Notes: a model not told the origin generated them from the sequence alone. A stretch of DNA of 63,820 nt, filler included, from Octopus bimaculoides (GCF_001194135.2; 5 parts of 5 records of this genome joined end to end with filler, not necessarily neighbours in it); one strand, 5' to 3'; positions 39,778-52,943 are shown, counted from the first letter of the whole stretch. A program made the numbers and translations.

Positions 39778-39995
39778 AGGTGGTGAGCTCGCTGAGTAGT
39801 TACGGCACCGGACAAAATGCTTAACTCCTTTTCTTCTAGCTTTGCGATCTAAGTTCATATGTGACCAAATTTTGCGTTGCCTTACATCTGTTCAAGGTCG
39901 ATTAGGCAAGTACCAGTCGAGTACAGAGGTTGATAAAATTGACTCAACTTTCCGCATTAAATTGATGGTCTTTTGCCAAAAACTGGAACCATTAT
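39778..39995 (+). mobile_element. Old SINE A
   Basis: aaggtggtgagct..ccggacaaaatgctta..aagttca..aaggtcgat..aagtaccagtcgagtac. Confidence 0.65.
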
Positions 39996-40269
39996 TAAGA
40001 TATTTTAATTTATATATTTACATAACTTTAGCAAAGTGGAAGGACAGCACATGTCGCACTTACGGGTACTTCGAGGTATGGAATGAAAGTACAAAGTTCT
40101 AATCATACATTAACCACAATTCTAATAGAGAATGTCTGATCAATGAAAGTTAATAGTGTCAAAACTCGGCATCTAAATAACTGGCACTAGATAATTAACA
40201 ACCAACTAACCAACTGAGATAATAATGTATAATAAAAACCATTATTAATAGCATTGGGGTATGCGCTGT

Positions 40270-40561
40270 AACAGCCAGTCAGTGCTTCTACTATTTGTTG
40301 GTAATTCCCTTATCCGGGTGGATAAAACCTTAGCAACAGTCAGCTGACAACCCTCCCACCCATCGGTTTATTTGAATATTCATTGCTGGTGAGAGATTTT
40401 CGTGGCTGGGCCTATTCTTTCCCATGCAGGTTCCAACACTACCCTAGAGTAACGTGAAATGTAGTGCTTTGTTCAAGAATACAGCTTACCGCCCTGTCCA
40501 GGAATCGAACCCATAATATGGCGATCGTAACTGCAACACCCTAACACTAGACTATGCGCCT
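40270..40561 (-). mobile_element. tRNA-derived SINE related to family C
   Basis: Reverse complement begins aggcgcatagtctagtgttagggtg..gggttcgattcctggacagggcg..ttgaacaaagcact, similar to the head at 55289. Confidence 0.6.
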
Positions 40562-40687
40562 AGTAAAAACCACAAGCTGTATTTCTTTAGTTAGTACAAT
40601 ACCACTTCAATATTTAGTAAAAATAGCATTTCACTATTTTGAATTATGGTTAATTGATCTCAGCGGCCTACAGCTTTTTGCTATATA

Positions 40688-40922
40688 CAGGGTTGGCCAA
40701 AAGTCATCCGACAGTAAATCAAAATTCCATAAATAGTTAATATTCAATTTTATTTATTCATTTGGGAAAAATGGTGTCGGTCGCTCAAGGTCTTCAGTTT
40801 GAACAATTTTCATGTTTCATATTTAGATGTTTTTTTATTAAATTCATTCAGTTGTTAAACATAAATAACTCTCGGAATTAAATGATTTTGATTTACTGTC
40901 AGGTGACTGTTGGCCAACCCTG
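40688..40922. mobile_element. Tc1/mariner-derived MITE (235 bp)
   Basis: ~38-bp TIRs cagggttggccaa(a/c)agtca..gacagtaaatcaaaat, flanked by TA on both sides. Confidence 0.9.
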
Positions 40923-41289
40923 TATAATATAAAATGGAAATATGTCCCGGAGTTTATTTGATTTTTAAGCGAAGTGTATTCACAAGGCATTTCGTCGAGC
41001 ACTCTGTTAATTATATTGTAATTGTGTGTGAAATTTTGAATCGGGGCTAGAAATGTTAGTGGGAGAAATTCGACATCTATGATCGACTGGTACTTGTGAA
41101 TATTTTTTAATGAATAGACAATTGGAAACATCGGGTGAAGCGAAACTCTGCAGCGATTGCTGTTATAATGCTTTATATTTGGTCACGACTGTAAATGTTG
41201 TGCTATACATTCTGAAGATGATGCTGATGAATACAAAAATACATTTCCACAAATACTTATTTCTCTCATCTAGTTATCAGCATTATTGA

Positions 41290-41700
41290 TTTGCACTTGC
41301 TCCGTTATAAGCTTACCCATCGTTATGAATCAGCTGTTGTTTTCAGCTTCATCTTAACATCTCCAAAACAACAAGCCGTTTTGCGATCAACCTCAACTGA
41401 TATTTCTCTCACGTAATGCACATTGCTAACACATTCATCATCTATATTATGGACGTCCTTCCACCCAAGTTTTCTTGAATGTTTGCATAGGTAGATGCTT
41501 CCGGAATAATAAGTTTTTGTACCAGTTACTTTCTTTGTATCTTTCTCCAAAATACATGTATACTAAACAACATTACAGTTATTCTCATCTCCATATTGTT
41601 CCTTTAGCTCATCATCATTATACATGCGCTGTTATATTGTCTTAAGCGTTACCATTAAAGTTAATGCTCCTACCTCATTCACAAACTATACTCTAGATCC
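41290..41700 (-). pseudogene. Decayed RTE-like LINE ORF C-terminus
   Basis: RMYNDDELKEQYG, frameshifted GRP.YRW, and EVDRK resemble the 'YN.EL..Y...GRP..RW...A.DR' C-terminal pattern. Confidence 0.4.
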
Positions 41701-43224
41701 CAAAGAGGTAAACAACCGGAGTCCCAGCAGTGTCATACTGTTCCTTCATTACTGATAGGTAATATATTTTACTTTCATCGGAGAACTTTTGACGTCACAT
41801 ATTTAGTTGGAATATGATCTAAGAAGGTCACCTTTCTGGAATCTCTCCTAAGTCCAGCAAGCTAATCTGCATCGGATCTATAAACATAATACTTGAGAAT
41901 GTCTCCCAAAGGGGGACATAACATCATAGATTTGTTAATTCATGAAACTCATTAAATTAAATCAGATACAGAACATCCTGATCTGCAAACCTTACTAATT
42001 CAACAACATATAAAATATTAAGAAATATTAAGTCCCTATTGGGGAGCCAGAAAATAAAGAAGTGCTGTTCGGTTGTTAACCCTATTGAAATTCAGGAGCG
42101 ACTTCACTGCCGTTGGATTATTGATCGCGAATCAAATCGATATCATAAAACAATGAAATGAAACATCTGAGGAGTAGAGTTACTCACCAATGCCTAACCA
42201 TCACACACTCAAAGATATTCGCAACTCAACGACAACAATAGTAACAGCAACTACTACTACTACTACTACAACTACTACTACTACAACTACTGCTACTACT
42301 ACTACTACTACTACTACTACTAGTAATGCTGTTCCTGCTGCTACGACTAGTAATACTGCTGCTCCTACTACTACTATTACTACTACTACCACTACTACTA
42401 CTACAACCTCTTCAAGTTCTTCACCGCTATAAATAGTAGCCACATATAATCCCATATTGTAAATAAGGTTATTATACATAACTCATTAGATTGCCTAATC
42501 TTACCGAAAACGAAAGGATGATAAGGACTGGAATGCTTTTGGTTATAGATCTGTTGAATGTCGTTTGATCTTGGATCAGTCAGCAACGATAGCAGGAAAA
42601 GCGCATCAGTCTCTATTTCTTAGTCATTTAAAGCCTTATTCGACGGAGTTCTTCATAGAAATGAAAGGAAAAAAAAAATAAAAGAATTATATAGAAATAT
42701 ATATATGCTCTTCTCTTTTCGATATAGCTCCTTCAACATAAGAAAAATAAGCCTAGAAGTGATTTTTTTTCCCCATTAAAAAAGCATTCTCTCGCATCTA
42801 ACACTTTCCAGCAGAACCATCACGCCAGGTGAATATTATGCAGATATATTTTGTCTATTCTTTCCACTTCGCATATTCAAACCTGTGCAATTCACATAGC
42901 GTTGTCGGTTCCTTCCTGTAAACAAGATATTTCACTTGAACAGCAACCGCATCGCTGTCACAAATATCCACTAAATAAATTCTAAAACAAAAATGGCAAC
43001 ATCAGTATACGTGTTTCTGTAAACTTTTGTCAGGATCCAGTCAATTTTGCTCCGATGAATCTACATATATACTCTGAAAAGGATATATATTCATTTGAAT
43101 ATCTGTATATTTCTTATGCATTTTTGCAAGTCCGTTATCGTTAGAAATAGAACCTGCATACGTTTAAATAATACCGAAATTTCTTAAAAACAAAACGTGG
43201 TACATTATTAATTAGTATATATTG

Positions 43225-43345
43225 GTTTTGAATGTAGGCACAAGGCCAGTGGTTTTGGTGGAAGAACAAAGTCGATTAAATCGACTCCAGTACTTAGTTG
43301 TTAATTATTTTATCGATCTCACAGGGATGAAGGGTAAAGTGAAAC
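43225..43345 (-). mobile_element. SINE A 3' half
   Basis: Reverse complement: agttcaaat..tttacccttcatcc..gatcgataaaata..ggagtcgatttaatcgact..ggccttgtgcctaca. Confidence 0.7.
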
Positions 43346-43402
43346 TCGTTGATATTTGAACTCACGATTCTCCCAGTTCACTGCTCTAATAAATTAAATT
43401 TG

Positions 43403-43612
43403 TTTTTTTCTACTCTAGGCACAAGGCCCGAAATTTTGGGGAAGGGGCCAGTTGATTAGCTCGGCCCTACTACGCAACTGGTACTCAATTTATCGAACCC
43501 GAAAGGATGAAAGGCAAAGTCGACCTCCGCAGAATTTGAACTCAGAACGTAAAGAGACATATACCGCTAAGCATTTCGCCCCGCGTGCTAACGATTCTGC
43601 CAGCTCGCCACG
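43403..43612 (-). mobile_element. Full-length SINE A
   Basis: Near-complete reverse-complement match to 3641-3857. Confidence 0.9.
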
Positions 43613-44574
43613 TTGCTGCTCCAATATATAATATATATTGATAATTAATAGCTCCGTTTAGCAATAACGCTCTACTCCTGTTCAAATTTTCGGAGTTCCC
43701 ACCTTTTTAGATTTGTCGAAAGAATAATGTTATGAAACTACAAAGTTATTTGCTGACTATTTCGTTTGAACATGTTTCATAAAACCTATTATAATAATTA
43801 AATATAACAGATCTAGGAAATCGATATAAGTATTTATTTCTCCGACCAGCTAAACTACTCAGTCATTTACCGAGCAAGTATCCGAACACTCTATAGCAAC
43901 TTGTATTCTTAACGTAATTCTCATACGGATTAAGCGTGACGCAATGAGATGAATGTGTTTTTTTTAAAACCTGAATGTAAGATCTTCGCTCAAACTTTCA
44001 CGAAAATTTCCCCTTCTTTTTACATTTTCACGTCTTTGATTGATAATGGTTTAGGGTTAACTGTCATGTTCAAGTCTTCTATATTGAGTAACTGAACTAT
44101 AGTTGTGAAGACAACTTCCGTCAAAATAATCGGCCGTTCTGTTGCGATAAATACATGAATACAGCATAAACAAACGTATGTAATTACACAATTGTTAATA
44201 TTTTCTCATATACTGATTCATGATAGAGATTGTTTAAAATTCATGAAGATCATTTAGCCTATGATAGCTACTAAGATTTTTCTGATTCTATTTTTCTGCT
44301 GGGTTTTGACAAAGAAATTTTCATAGAAAACACATATTTTCTGTTTGTATACATATCAAGACAGTCATGAAATCAGGTGACATTAAGAGAACTTCCAAGC
44401 ATATAAAACTGGTTGGTGTATGCTTTATGGTTTCTCTTGCATGTATTTACGTTACATTTTTCTAAATAAATCTATTAACAATGGAGTAACAATTTATTAC
44501 ATTCTATGCAATAATTTGGCTTCAATATATTGGTATCGGATGCATCGATTATATTGTACTATATGCTCAAATTT

Positions 44575-44715
44575 CACTTACTTTATCGACTCCGAAAGGA
44601 GGAAAAGTAAAATCAGCCTCGGCGTAATTTGAACTCACATGCTAAAGACGAATGAAATGAAATGACTCTAGGCATTTTTCCGGATATGCAAACGATTCTA
44701 GCGAATTTGTCTCAT
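44575..44715 (-). mobile_element. Diverged SINE A
   Basis: tttatcgactccgaaagga..cctcggcgtaatttgaactca..aacgattct. Confidence 0.65.
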
Positions 44716-45682
44716 GAAATAATTAAGAAAATATATATGCATAGATTCATAGCTACATACGTACGTATAAACCCACAAATATATATATATATATATATAT
44801 ANNNNNNNNNNNNNNNNNNNNNNNNNNNNNNNNNNNNNNNNNNNNNNNNNNNNNNNNNNNNNNNNNNNNNNNNNNNNNNNNNNNNNNNNNNNNNNNNNNN
44901 NNNNNNNNNNNNNNNNNNNNNNNNNNNNNNNNNNNNNNNNNNNNNNNNNNNNNNNNNNNNNNNNNNNNNNNNNNNNNNNNNNNNNNNNNNNNNNNNNNNN
45001 NNNNNNNNNNNNNNNNNNNNNNNNNNNNNNNNNNNNNNNNNNNNNNNNNNNNNNNNNNNNNNNNNNNNNNNNNNNNNNNNNNNNNNNNNNNNNNNNNNNN
45101 NNNNNNNNNNNNNNNNNNNNNNNNNNNNNNNNNNNNNNNNNNNNNNNNNNNNNNNNNNNNNNNNNNNNNNNNNNNNNNNNNNNNNNNNNNNNNNNNNNNN
45201 NNNNNNNNNNNNNNNNNNNNNNNNNNNNNNNNNNNNNNNNNNNNNNNNNNNNNNNNNNNNNNNNNNNNNNNNNNNNNNNNNNNNNNNNNNNNNNNNNNNN
45301 NNNNNNNNNNNNNNNNNNNNNNNNNNNNNNNNNNNNNNNNNNNNNNNNNNNNNNNNNNNNNNNNNNNNNNNNNNNNNNNNNNNNNNNNNNNNNNNNNNNN
45401 NNNNNNNNNNNNNNNNNNNNNNNNNNNNNNNNNNNNNNNNNNNNNNNNNNNNNNNNNNNNNNNNNNNNNNNNNNNNNNNNNNNNNNNNNNNNNNNNNNNN
45501 NNNNNNNNNNNNNNNNNNNNNNNNNNNNNNNNNNNNNNNNNNNNNNNNNNNNNNNNNNNNNNNNNNNNNNNNNNNNNNNNNNNNNNNNNNNNNNNNNNNN
45601 NNNNNNNNNNNNNNNNNNNNNNNNNNNNNNNNNNNNNNNNNNNNNNNNNNNNNNNNNNNNNNNNNNNNNNNNNNNNNNNNNN

Positions 45683-45830
45683 GTGGTGTAAATAACAAAA
45701 GTATATATTAGTATGACGCTCGGGAATACGGAAAGTCTTTGACGTTTCGAGCTACGCTCTTCAACAGAAAGAATACGGAGACAAGGAGAAAAACACGGAG
45801 AAAAAAAATTGAATAGTGTTCAGTCAACGG
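45683..45830 (-). mobile_element. Penelope-like pLTR fragment (cut by gap)
   Basis: Contains a minimal hammerhead motif typical of PLE terminal repeats; classification inferred from that motif. Confidence 0.5.
45736..45772 (-). ncRNA. Minimal type I hammerhead ribozyme variant
   Basis: tcttt-CTGTTGA-a-GAGC-gta-GCTC-GAAA-C-GTC-aaaga: 5-bp stem I, 4-bp stem II, loopless palindromic stem III (ACGT); core has U in place of A6 plus an extra A. Confidence 0.6.
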
Positions 45831-45867
45831 TGTGTGTGTGTGTCTGTTTGTGTGTGTGTGTGTGTGT

Positions 45868-46070
45868 GTGTGTCCAACATCGCCTGAGAACCGATGCTGG
45901 TGGGTTTACGTCCCTGTAACCTAGCGGTTCGGCAAAACATACCGATAGAATAAGAACTAGGCTAACAAAGAATAAGTCCTGGTGTCGATTTGTTCGTCTA
46001 AAGGCGGTACTCCAGCATGGTCGCAGTGAAATGACTTAAAGAAGTAAAAGAATAAAAGAATAAAAGAATA
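45868..46070 (+). mobile_element. SINE B 3' half with complete tail
   Basis: gatgctggtgggtttacgtccctgtaacc..aataagtcctggtgtcgat..ggcggtactccagcatggtcgcag..(aaaagaat)n. Confidence 0.85.
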
Positions 46071-47074
46071 GTGAGGGAAAATTTAATAGAGAATCAATGG
46101 AATCAGTGTGAAGAATTAGAAATGTTTATAAAGAAATATACTGGAGACTGTAAAGAGAATCAAAGTCTAAATGAAATACGTACAAATTGAGACACAATAT
46201 TTATGAATGACGTAGGTGGGTATTAATCATTAGTGGCACTATTGTTTCAGACGAAACAGGAGAAAAAGGGAGTGTATGTATGAAGGAGAGACAGAGAGTG
46301 GGGGACAAAGAGACAGTGAGTTAGACTGACGGAGGAGATTTTAAAAGAGATAAGGAATTAATTTCTGATGGAGAAAGAAAAAAAAGCAAAGTAACAAAAT
46401 GAAAGACACAGAGTAGGAGAATTAAAATTGAGTCAATTTGTGAGAAGCCAAATAATATGATACCATTAATTATATATATATATGTATATATATATNNNNN
46501 NNNNNNNNNNNNNNNNNNNNNNNNNNNNNNNNNNNNNNNNNNNNNNNNNNNNNNNNNNNNNNNNNNNNNNNNNNNNNNNNNNNNNNNNNNNNNNNNNNNN
46601 NNNNNNNNNNNNNNNNNNNNNNNNNNNNNNNNNNNNNNNNNNNNNNNNNNNNNNNNNNNNNNNNNNNNNNNNNNNNNNNNNNNNNNNNNNNNNNNNNNNN
46701 NNNNNNNNNNNNNNNNNNNNNNNNNNNNNNNNNNNNNNNNNNNNNNNNNNNNNNNNNNNNNNNNNNNNNNNNNNNNNNNNNNNNNNNNNNNNNNNNNNNN
46801 NNNNNNNNNNNNNNNNNNNNNNNNNNNNNNNNNNNNNNNNNNNNNNNNNNNNNNNNNNNNNNNNNNNNNNNNNNNNNNNNNNNNNNNNNNNNNNNNNNNN
46901 NNNNNNNNNNNNNNNNNNNNNNNNNNNNNNNNNNNNNNNNNNNNNNNNNNNNNNNNNNNNNNNNNNNNNNNNNNNNNNNNNNNNNNNNNNNNNNNNNNNN
47001 NNNNNNNNNNNNNNNNNNNNNNNNNNNNNNNNNNNNNNNNNNNNNNNNNNNNNNNNNNNNNNNNNNNNNNNNNN

Positions 47075-48067
47075 AACACACTTTAGCAGCTGATAACTAA
47101 ACCGATGTATTTTTTTTCTTGCCAGATGAAACCCATTGGAATTAATGTGTCAGACTAACCTTTGAACAAAAGGAAGTTCTTTCTAAAATGCCACTTGAAG
47201 TGTGCAAGCACAGTTGAAGTACAAAGACAGTCTAGGAAGGAGTTTCAAACAGATCTACCAATGCGATTCACCATCACTCAAATTAGAGATAAATTTGAAG
47301 CCGATGGAACTATTCAGAATGTCCACGAGAAGCATTCCAGAAGACCACGAACATCAACAACCTCCAGAAAGCAAGAAGAAGTACTGGAAATGTAACACCA
47401 ATGTCATAGAAAATTTGTGTGGCAAGCGAGTCATGAAGTAGGTATTAAAAATCGTCTGTCCAACGCATTTTGAAGCGTTGTCAATGGAAAAGTTACGTTT
47501 CAAGATTAGTCAATGCTATTAATGATGATGATCCAGACCGAAGGGTGCCATATTACAAGTGGTACTTGGCACGATGTGTAGAAGATGCACACTTTCCAAC
47601 AAAGACTGTGTGTAGTGATGAGGCCACATTCGAATTAGATGATTCAATTAACCGCCACGATTGGACCTACTGGGGACCTGAGAATCGGCATGTTATGGTG
47701 GAACACCTTGTTAATTTACCAGCAGTTACAGTATGGTGTGGCTTATAATCAGGAGGATTATTTGGACCATTGAATACTCTCAGCGTTCATCAGACCTCAT
47801 ACCACTAGACTTTTTTTTATGGAGAGCAGCCGTTTAACAAGAATGCACACAAATACCAAACGAATTCTTTCGTTGATGTTTATGATTCCATTGCTTTGCG
47901 TTGTCAGCAGTGCCTGGATCGGAACGGACGTCAGTTTGAAAAAAGGTGTTGACAAAACAATAAAATAATGTCTGTAGATCCTATTAAATTTTGAAAAGGA
48001 AATGTATTTTCATAAACACCTACTTTACAATTATTTAAGATGTGTATACATTTTTGGGGACATCCTG
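47075..48067 (+). mobile_element. Decayed Tc1/mariner (rosa/DD41D-like) transposon with right TIR
   Basis: IRDKFEADGTIQNVH; [18 protein letters not shown]; [33 protein letters not shown]; internal deletion; ends tacatttttggggacatcctg-TA. Confidence 0.85.
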
Positions 48068-50065
48068 TATATCTATCTATCTATCTATATATCTATGTAT
48101 ATGTGTGTGCGCGTGTTTGTCTGTATGATTTGCAATTGTGAACGGAATGATCAGGAAACATATTGAGCGACTGAGATGTTTCGTTTCAGCTTTGTTTCAG
48201 TGATCTAAAATATAATCTCTCGTATATTTGATTCACTGGTAGAAAACAATTAGGTAGTATTTGTCCAAATAATCTTGTTTATATATTCGATTATTAGATA
48301 AATTTATACGTTTTCTTTTTTTCTCTGTTCTATATGACAATCCATCGTCATAGGTCTGAAAAGAGGTAAAATTTATTCAAATTTCAAATCCGATAAAACA
48401 GAATTTGTAGCGGTAAAGAACAAAAAATAAAGAATAAAGAAGAATTAAAAGACTGCGATAAAGATATTTGTCAAGTAAATACAAATGATGATAATGGAAA
48501 AGATAAAAACAAAAGAGGATTGAAGTGAAAATGGGAAAGAGAATAAAATTATCTGACAACCCAAAACACATGGAAATTTAATAAAGCCATATACCAGGTA
48601 ATTCAATCGACACGGCATTTTGTAATGCCTGGAGAAGGATTCTTTATACTAGCCTTGGATCATAGAATTAGAATAAAATCACAGTGAGAATTACAGAGAA
48701 TATATATTTGTTTACACCGCAACTGTGCATGTGTAAGCTACGTCGAAGGAAGGATATATTGAACCTTGTGCTGAGATTGACAATTTACACGCATAACGGA
48801 ACGATATAGGTGTAAATATTAATTATCTGTGATAAAATATTTTACAGTGGAAATTGTATAAATTTCAGCTCCGCTTGCAATATATCTTGGTGTTGTATTT
48901 GCGAGAGGTCGGAATTTATAAAAGCAGAGTAAAACTGAAATAATCATATGCTGCTCTGGAGAAATGATAGTAGGTTTATATGTCCACATTCCATCTATAG
49001 AACATTGTATGTATTACATTGTAGTGTATGTCTAGATGTGCTTGCTTTGTTTTCGATTTAGAAATTCAAACGAACATGCAAACATCAACACGTGGGCCAA
49101 CTCATATTCACATGCGCACTTACACCCCTATACCTATATGTATCTATCTATCTATCTATCTATATATATATATATATATATATATNNNNNNNNNNNNNNN
49201 NNNNNNNNNNNNNNNNNNNNNNNNNNNNNNNNNNNNNNNNNNNNNNNNNNNNNNNNNNNNNNNNNNNNNNNNNNNNNNNNNNNNNNNNNNNNNNNNNNNN
49301 NNNNNNNNNNNNNNNNNNNNNNNNNNNNNNNNNNNNNNNNNNNNNNNNNNNNNNNNNNNNNNNNNNNNNNNNNNNNNNNNNNNNNNNNNNNNNNNNNNNN
49401 NNNNNNNNNNNNNNNNNNNNNNNNNNNNNNNNNNNNNNNNNNNNNNNNNNNNNNNNNNNNNNNNNNNNNNNNNNNNNNNNNNNNNNNNNNNNNNNNNNNN
49501 NNNNNNNNNNNNNNNNNNNNNNNNNNNNNNNNNNNNNNNNNNNNNNNNNNNNNNNNNNNNNNNNNNNNNNNNNNNNNNNNNNNNNNNNNNNNNNNNNNNN
49601 NNNNNNNNNNNNNNNNNNNNNNNNNNNNNNNNNNNNNNNNNNNNNNNNNNNNNNNNNNNNNNNNNNNNNNNNNNNNNNNNNNNNNNNNNNNNNNNNNNNN
49701 NNNNNNNNNNNNNNNNNNNNNNNNNNNNNNNNNNNNNNNNNNNNNNNNNNNNNNNNNNNNNNNNNNNNNNNNNNNNNNNNNNNNNNNNNNNNNNNNNNNN
49801 NNNNNNNNNNNNNNNNNNNNNNNNNNNNNNNNNNNNNNNNNNNNNNNNNNNNNNNNNNNNNNNNNNNNNNNNNNNNNNNNNNNNNNNNNNNNNNNNNNNN
49901 NNNNNNNNNNNNNNNNNNNNNNNNNNNNNNNNNNNNNNNNNNNNNNNNNNNNNNNNNNNNNNNNNNNNNNNNNNNNNNNNNNNNNNNNNNNNNNNNNNNN
50001 NNNNNNNNNNNNNNNNNNNNNNNNNNNNNNNNNNNNNNNNNNNNNNNNNNNNNNNNNNNNNNNNN

Positions 50066-50103
<38 letters not shown>

Positions 50104-50278
50104 TGCATGTATATGATAAATAGGTGTATTGATGTACGCATGTCAATTTTTCTTATAAACCCACATGCTGAAATTATTTTGCATGAATTTTCTGTATATA
50201 TGTATGAATTCAAATTCACATACGAATACGTGTACATACACACATAGCATACATACAATCATACATACGGATATATAC

Positions 50279-50309
<31 letters not shown>

Positions 50310-50650
50310 TGTATGTATGTATGTGTGTGTGTATTTATGTATGCATGTATGCATGTATGTATGCATGTATGTGTATGTTTGTATATGTATAAATGAAACA
50401 AATGAAATATGTCCGTGTGTGTGTGTTTGAGTTTGAGTATGTCAGTGTATGTGCCTATATGTGCATGTGTGTATGTATGTGTGCGTGTGCGCGAGACCCT
50501 CTAAGCATATATGAGCATGACCTTAGCAAAACGAAAACCACGTTCGTGTCAATAATTAACTTGTGTTCTTTGTCCCGAATTAAATTTTAGAAATTCTGGA
50601 CACGTTTTTAAACTGTGTATTTATTCGGAGACACACTCTGTTTTTACCAG

Positions 50651-50779
50651 ACATGGAGACGTTCTTACTCAGATACTATCCATCTGATTCTTCTTACTGT
50701 CTGTCACACACCATGTTCGCTCACTGCTTCAAGATTAACCATGAACAGACAATGCTCTGCTGCCTACAGACATAGGATG
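50651..50779 (+). CDS. Candidate internal coding exon (43 codons, phase 0-0) of an unidentified gene
   Basis: Acceptor ctctgtttttaccag|, donor ATG|gtagga, open frame TWRRSYSDTIHLILLTVCHTPCSLTASRLTMNRQCSAAYRHRM; no recognised homology. Confidence 0.3.
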
Positions 50780-50877
50780 GTAGGATGGCTGTCAGTTTTC
50801 ATGTGCTTTAATTTTATTTTGAAGATATACTTATGGTTGAATATTATTACACATACACTCACTTACAAACACACACG

Positions 50878-50935
<58 letters not shown>

Positions 50936-51157
50936 TAAATACACTACACACACATATATACACACATAGACAACCCACATACACACATTAATATGTCAGT
51001 ATATATAATTGTGTGTGTCTGTATGTACGTATGTCTATAGATTCTATAGATACAGTGACAAAGACAAAGATTAATCAACAAATAAATAGCTATATATATA
51101 TATATATATATATATTAGATGGAGAGACAGACAGGGATAGAGACTGAGAGGAATATG

Positions 51158-51202
<45 letters not shown>

Positions 51203-51203
<1 letters not shown>

Positions 51204-52029
51204 CATTTCTTTTATTAGCCACACAGGGCTCAACAAAGATGGGACAAATACAATGTTGAGCTTTTCTTTTGGGGAGGGGGAAGGGAAAAAAAGGCGTGTN
51301 NNNNNNNNNNNNNNNNNNNNNNNNNNNNNNNNNNNNNNNNNNNNNNNNNNNNNNNNNNNNNNNNNNNNNNNNNNNNNNNNNNNNNNNNNNNNNNNNNNNN
51401 NNNNNNNNNNNNNNNNNNNNNNNNNNNNNNNNNNNNNNNNNNNNNNNNNNNNNNNNNNNNNNNNNNNNNNNNNNNNNNNNNNNNNNNNNNNNNNNNNNNN
51501 NNNNNNNNNNNNNNNNNNNNNNNNNNNNNNNNNNNNNNNNNNNNNNNNNNNNNNNNNNNNNNNNNNNNNNNNNNNNNNNNNNNNNNNNNNNNNNNNNNNN
51601 NNNNNNNNNNNNNNNNNNNNNNNNNNNNNNNNNNNNNNNNNNNNNNNNNNNNNNNNNNNNNNNNNNNNNNNNNNNNNNNNNNNNNNNNNNNNNNNNNNNN
51701 NNNNNNNNNNNNNNNNNNNNNNNNAGTTGTTCGACGTAAGCCCACAGCTCGGAAATGGTGGGACACTGTACGAGTGCGTGCAGAACGGATTCGTCACTCT
51801 GCCGGCATCTCGGACAGGTCGGCCCCGTGTTTCTCGAGCCATGCCTGTAGAGCTTATCCCGAAACGGTAATGCTTCTCGATAGCACTGCCAGGCCAGGGA
51901 TCTCTGGAAGTTGTCCATAGGTCCCGGCCCGAAGGTCGTCTTAAACAGGCGGGTCAGGTATTCCTCGTCGACGCCCAGGTTCGCCCCGAGACCGTCGTCG
52001 TACCTTCCCTCCACTAATCCACTATAGAA
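51203..52029 (-). mobile_element. 5'-truncated L1/Tx1 LINE 3' end (zinc knuckle, 3'UTR, AATAAA)
   Basis: FQRSLAWQCYREALPFRDKLYRHG...CPRCRQSDESVLHALVQCPTISELWAYVEQ (CCHC); AATAAA at 51216-51211, running into (TATC)n. Confidence 0.88.
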
Positions 52030-52172
52030 AAACGCACAGACACGCAGATCATGACATCAGTAAGTACAGTGTGTATGTATAACATTAGACATAATCATGG
52101 ACGCAGCTGATTTTGCTTGATGTGATTTGATTATTCACAACGACATTCTTGCGCCATTATTAAGAGGTCAGA

Positions 52173-52345
52173 AAGGCGGCGAGCTGGCAGAACCGTCAGC
52201 CCGCCGGGCGAAATACTTAGCGGTATTTTGTCTGTCTTTACGTTCTGAATTGAAATACCACCGAGATCGACTTTGCCTTTCATCCATTCGGAGTCGATAA
52301 ATTAAGCACCAGATGTGTACTGGGGCCGATTTAATCGACGAGATA
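52173..52345 (+). mobile_element. SINE A (3' truncated)
   Basis: aaggcggcgagctggcagaa..gatcgactttgcctttcatcc..ggggccgatttaatcgac. Confidence 0.85.
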
Positions 52346-52448
52346 GGGAGTCTCTTATCCTTTGCTAGGCCTTGTAGTTATTGCAAATGGATCTTTAAGT
52401 CGTGCTCTGACATACATTACAATTTATTTAATAAGAATCATGACTGCT

Positions 52449-52652
52449 AGGTGGCAGAAACGTTAGAACCCCGGGCGAAATGCTTAGCCGTATTTCGCCT
52501 CTCTTTACATTTTGAATTCAAATTCTGCCAAGATCGACTTTGCCTTTCAACCTTTCATGGTCGATAAATTAAGTACCAGCTGGGGTCGATCTAACTGACA
52601 GGACCCCTCATTCAAAATTTCGGGCCTTGTCCCCAGAGTAGAAAAGAATAAG
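52449..52652 (+). mobile_element. SINE A
   Basis: ggcagaaacgttag..gatcgactttgcctttc..gggccttgtccccagagtagaaaagaa. Confidence 0.85.
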
Positions 52653-52943
52653 AATATATTTAACTGATTAAAGGGCAGTCAGCGTAGTTTTAAAATGAAA
52701 GCTTTTGTTCATAGAGCTGCCCACTCTAGAATGGGTTGGAGACAATTAATAAAGTAACATCGATACTCAAATAAATGTTGAGAAATTATTTCATCAAGTC
52801 AGTGGTGTTTTCCATTTCTTCATGTTTATCCGAATCTCAAGATNNNNNNNNNNNNNNNNNNNNNNNNNNNNNNNNNNNNNNNNNNNNTTAATTAATTAAN
52901 NNNNNNNNNNNNNNNNNNNNNNNNNNNNNNNNNNNNNNNNNNN

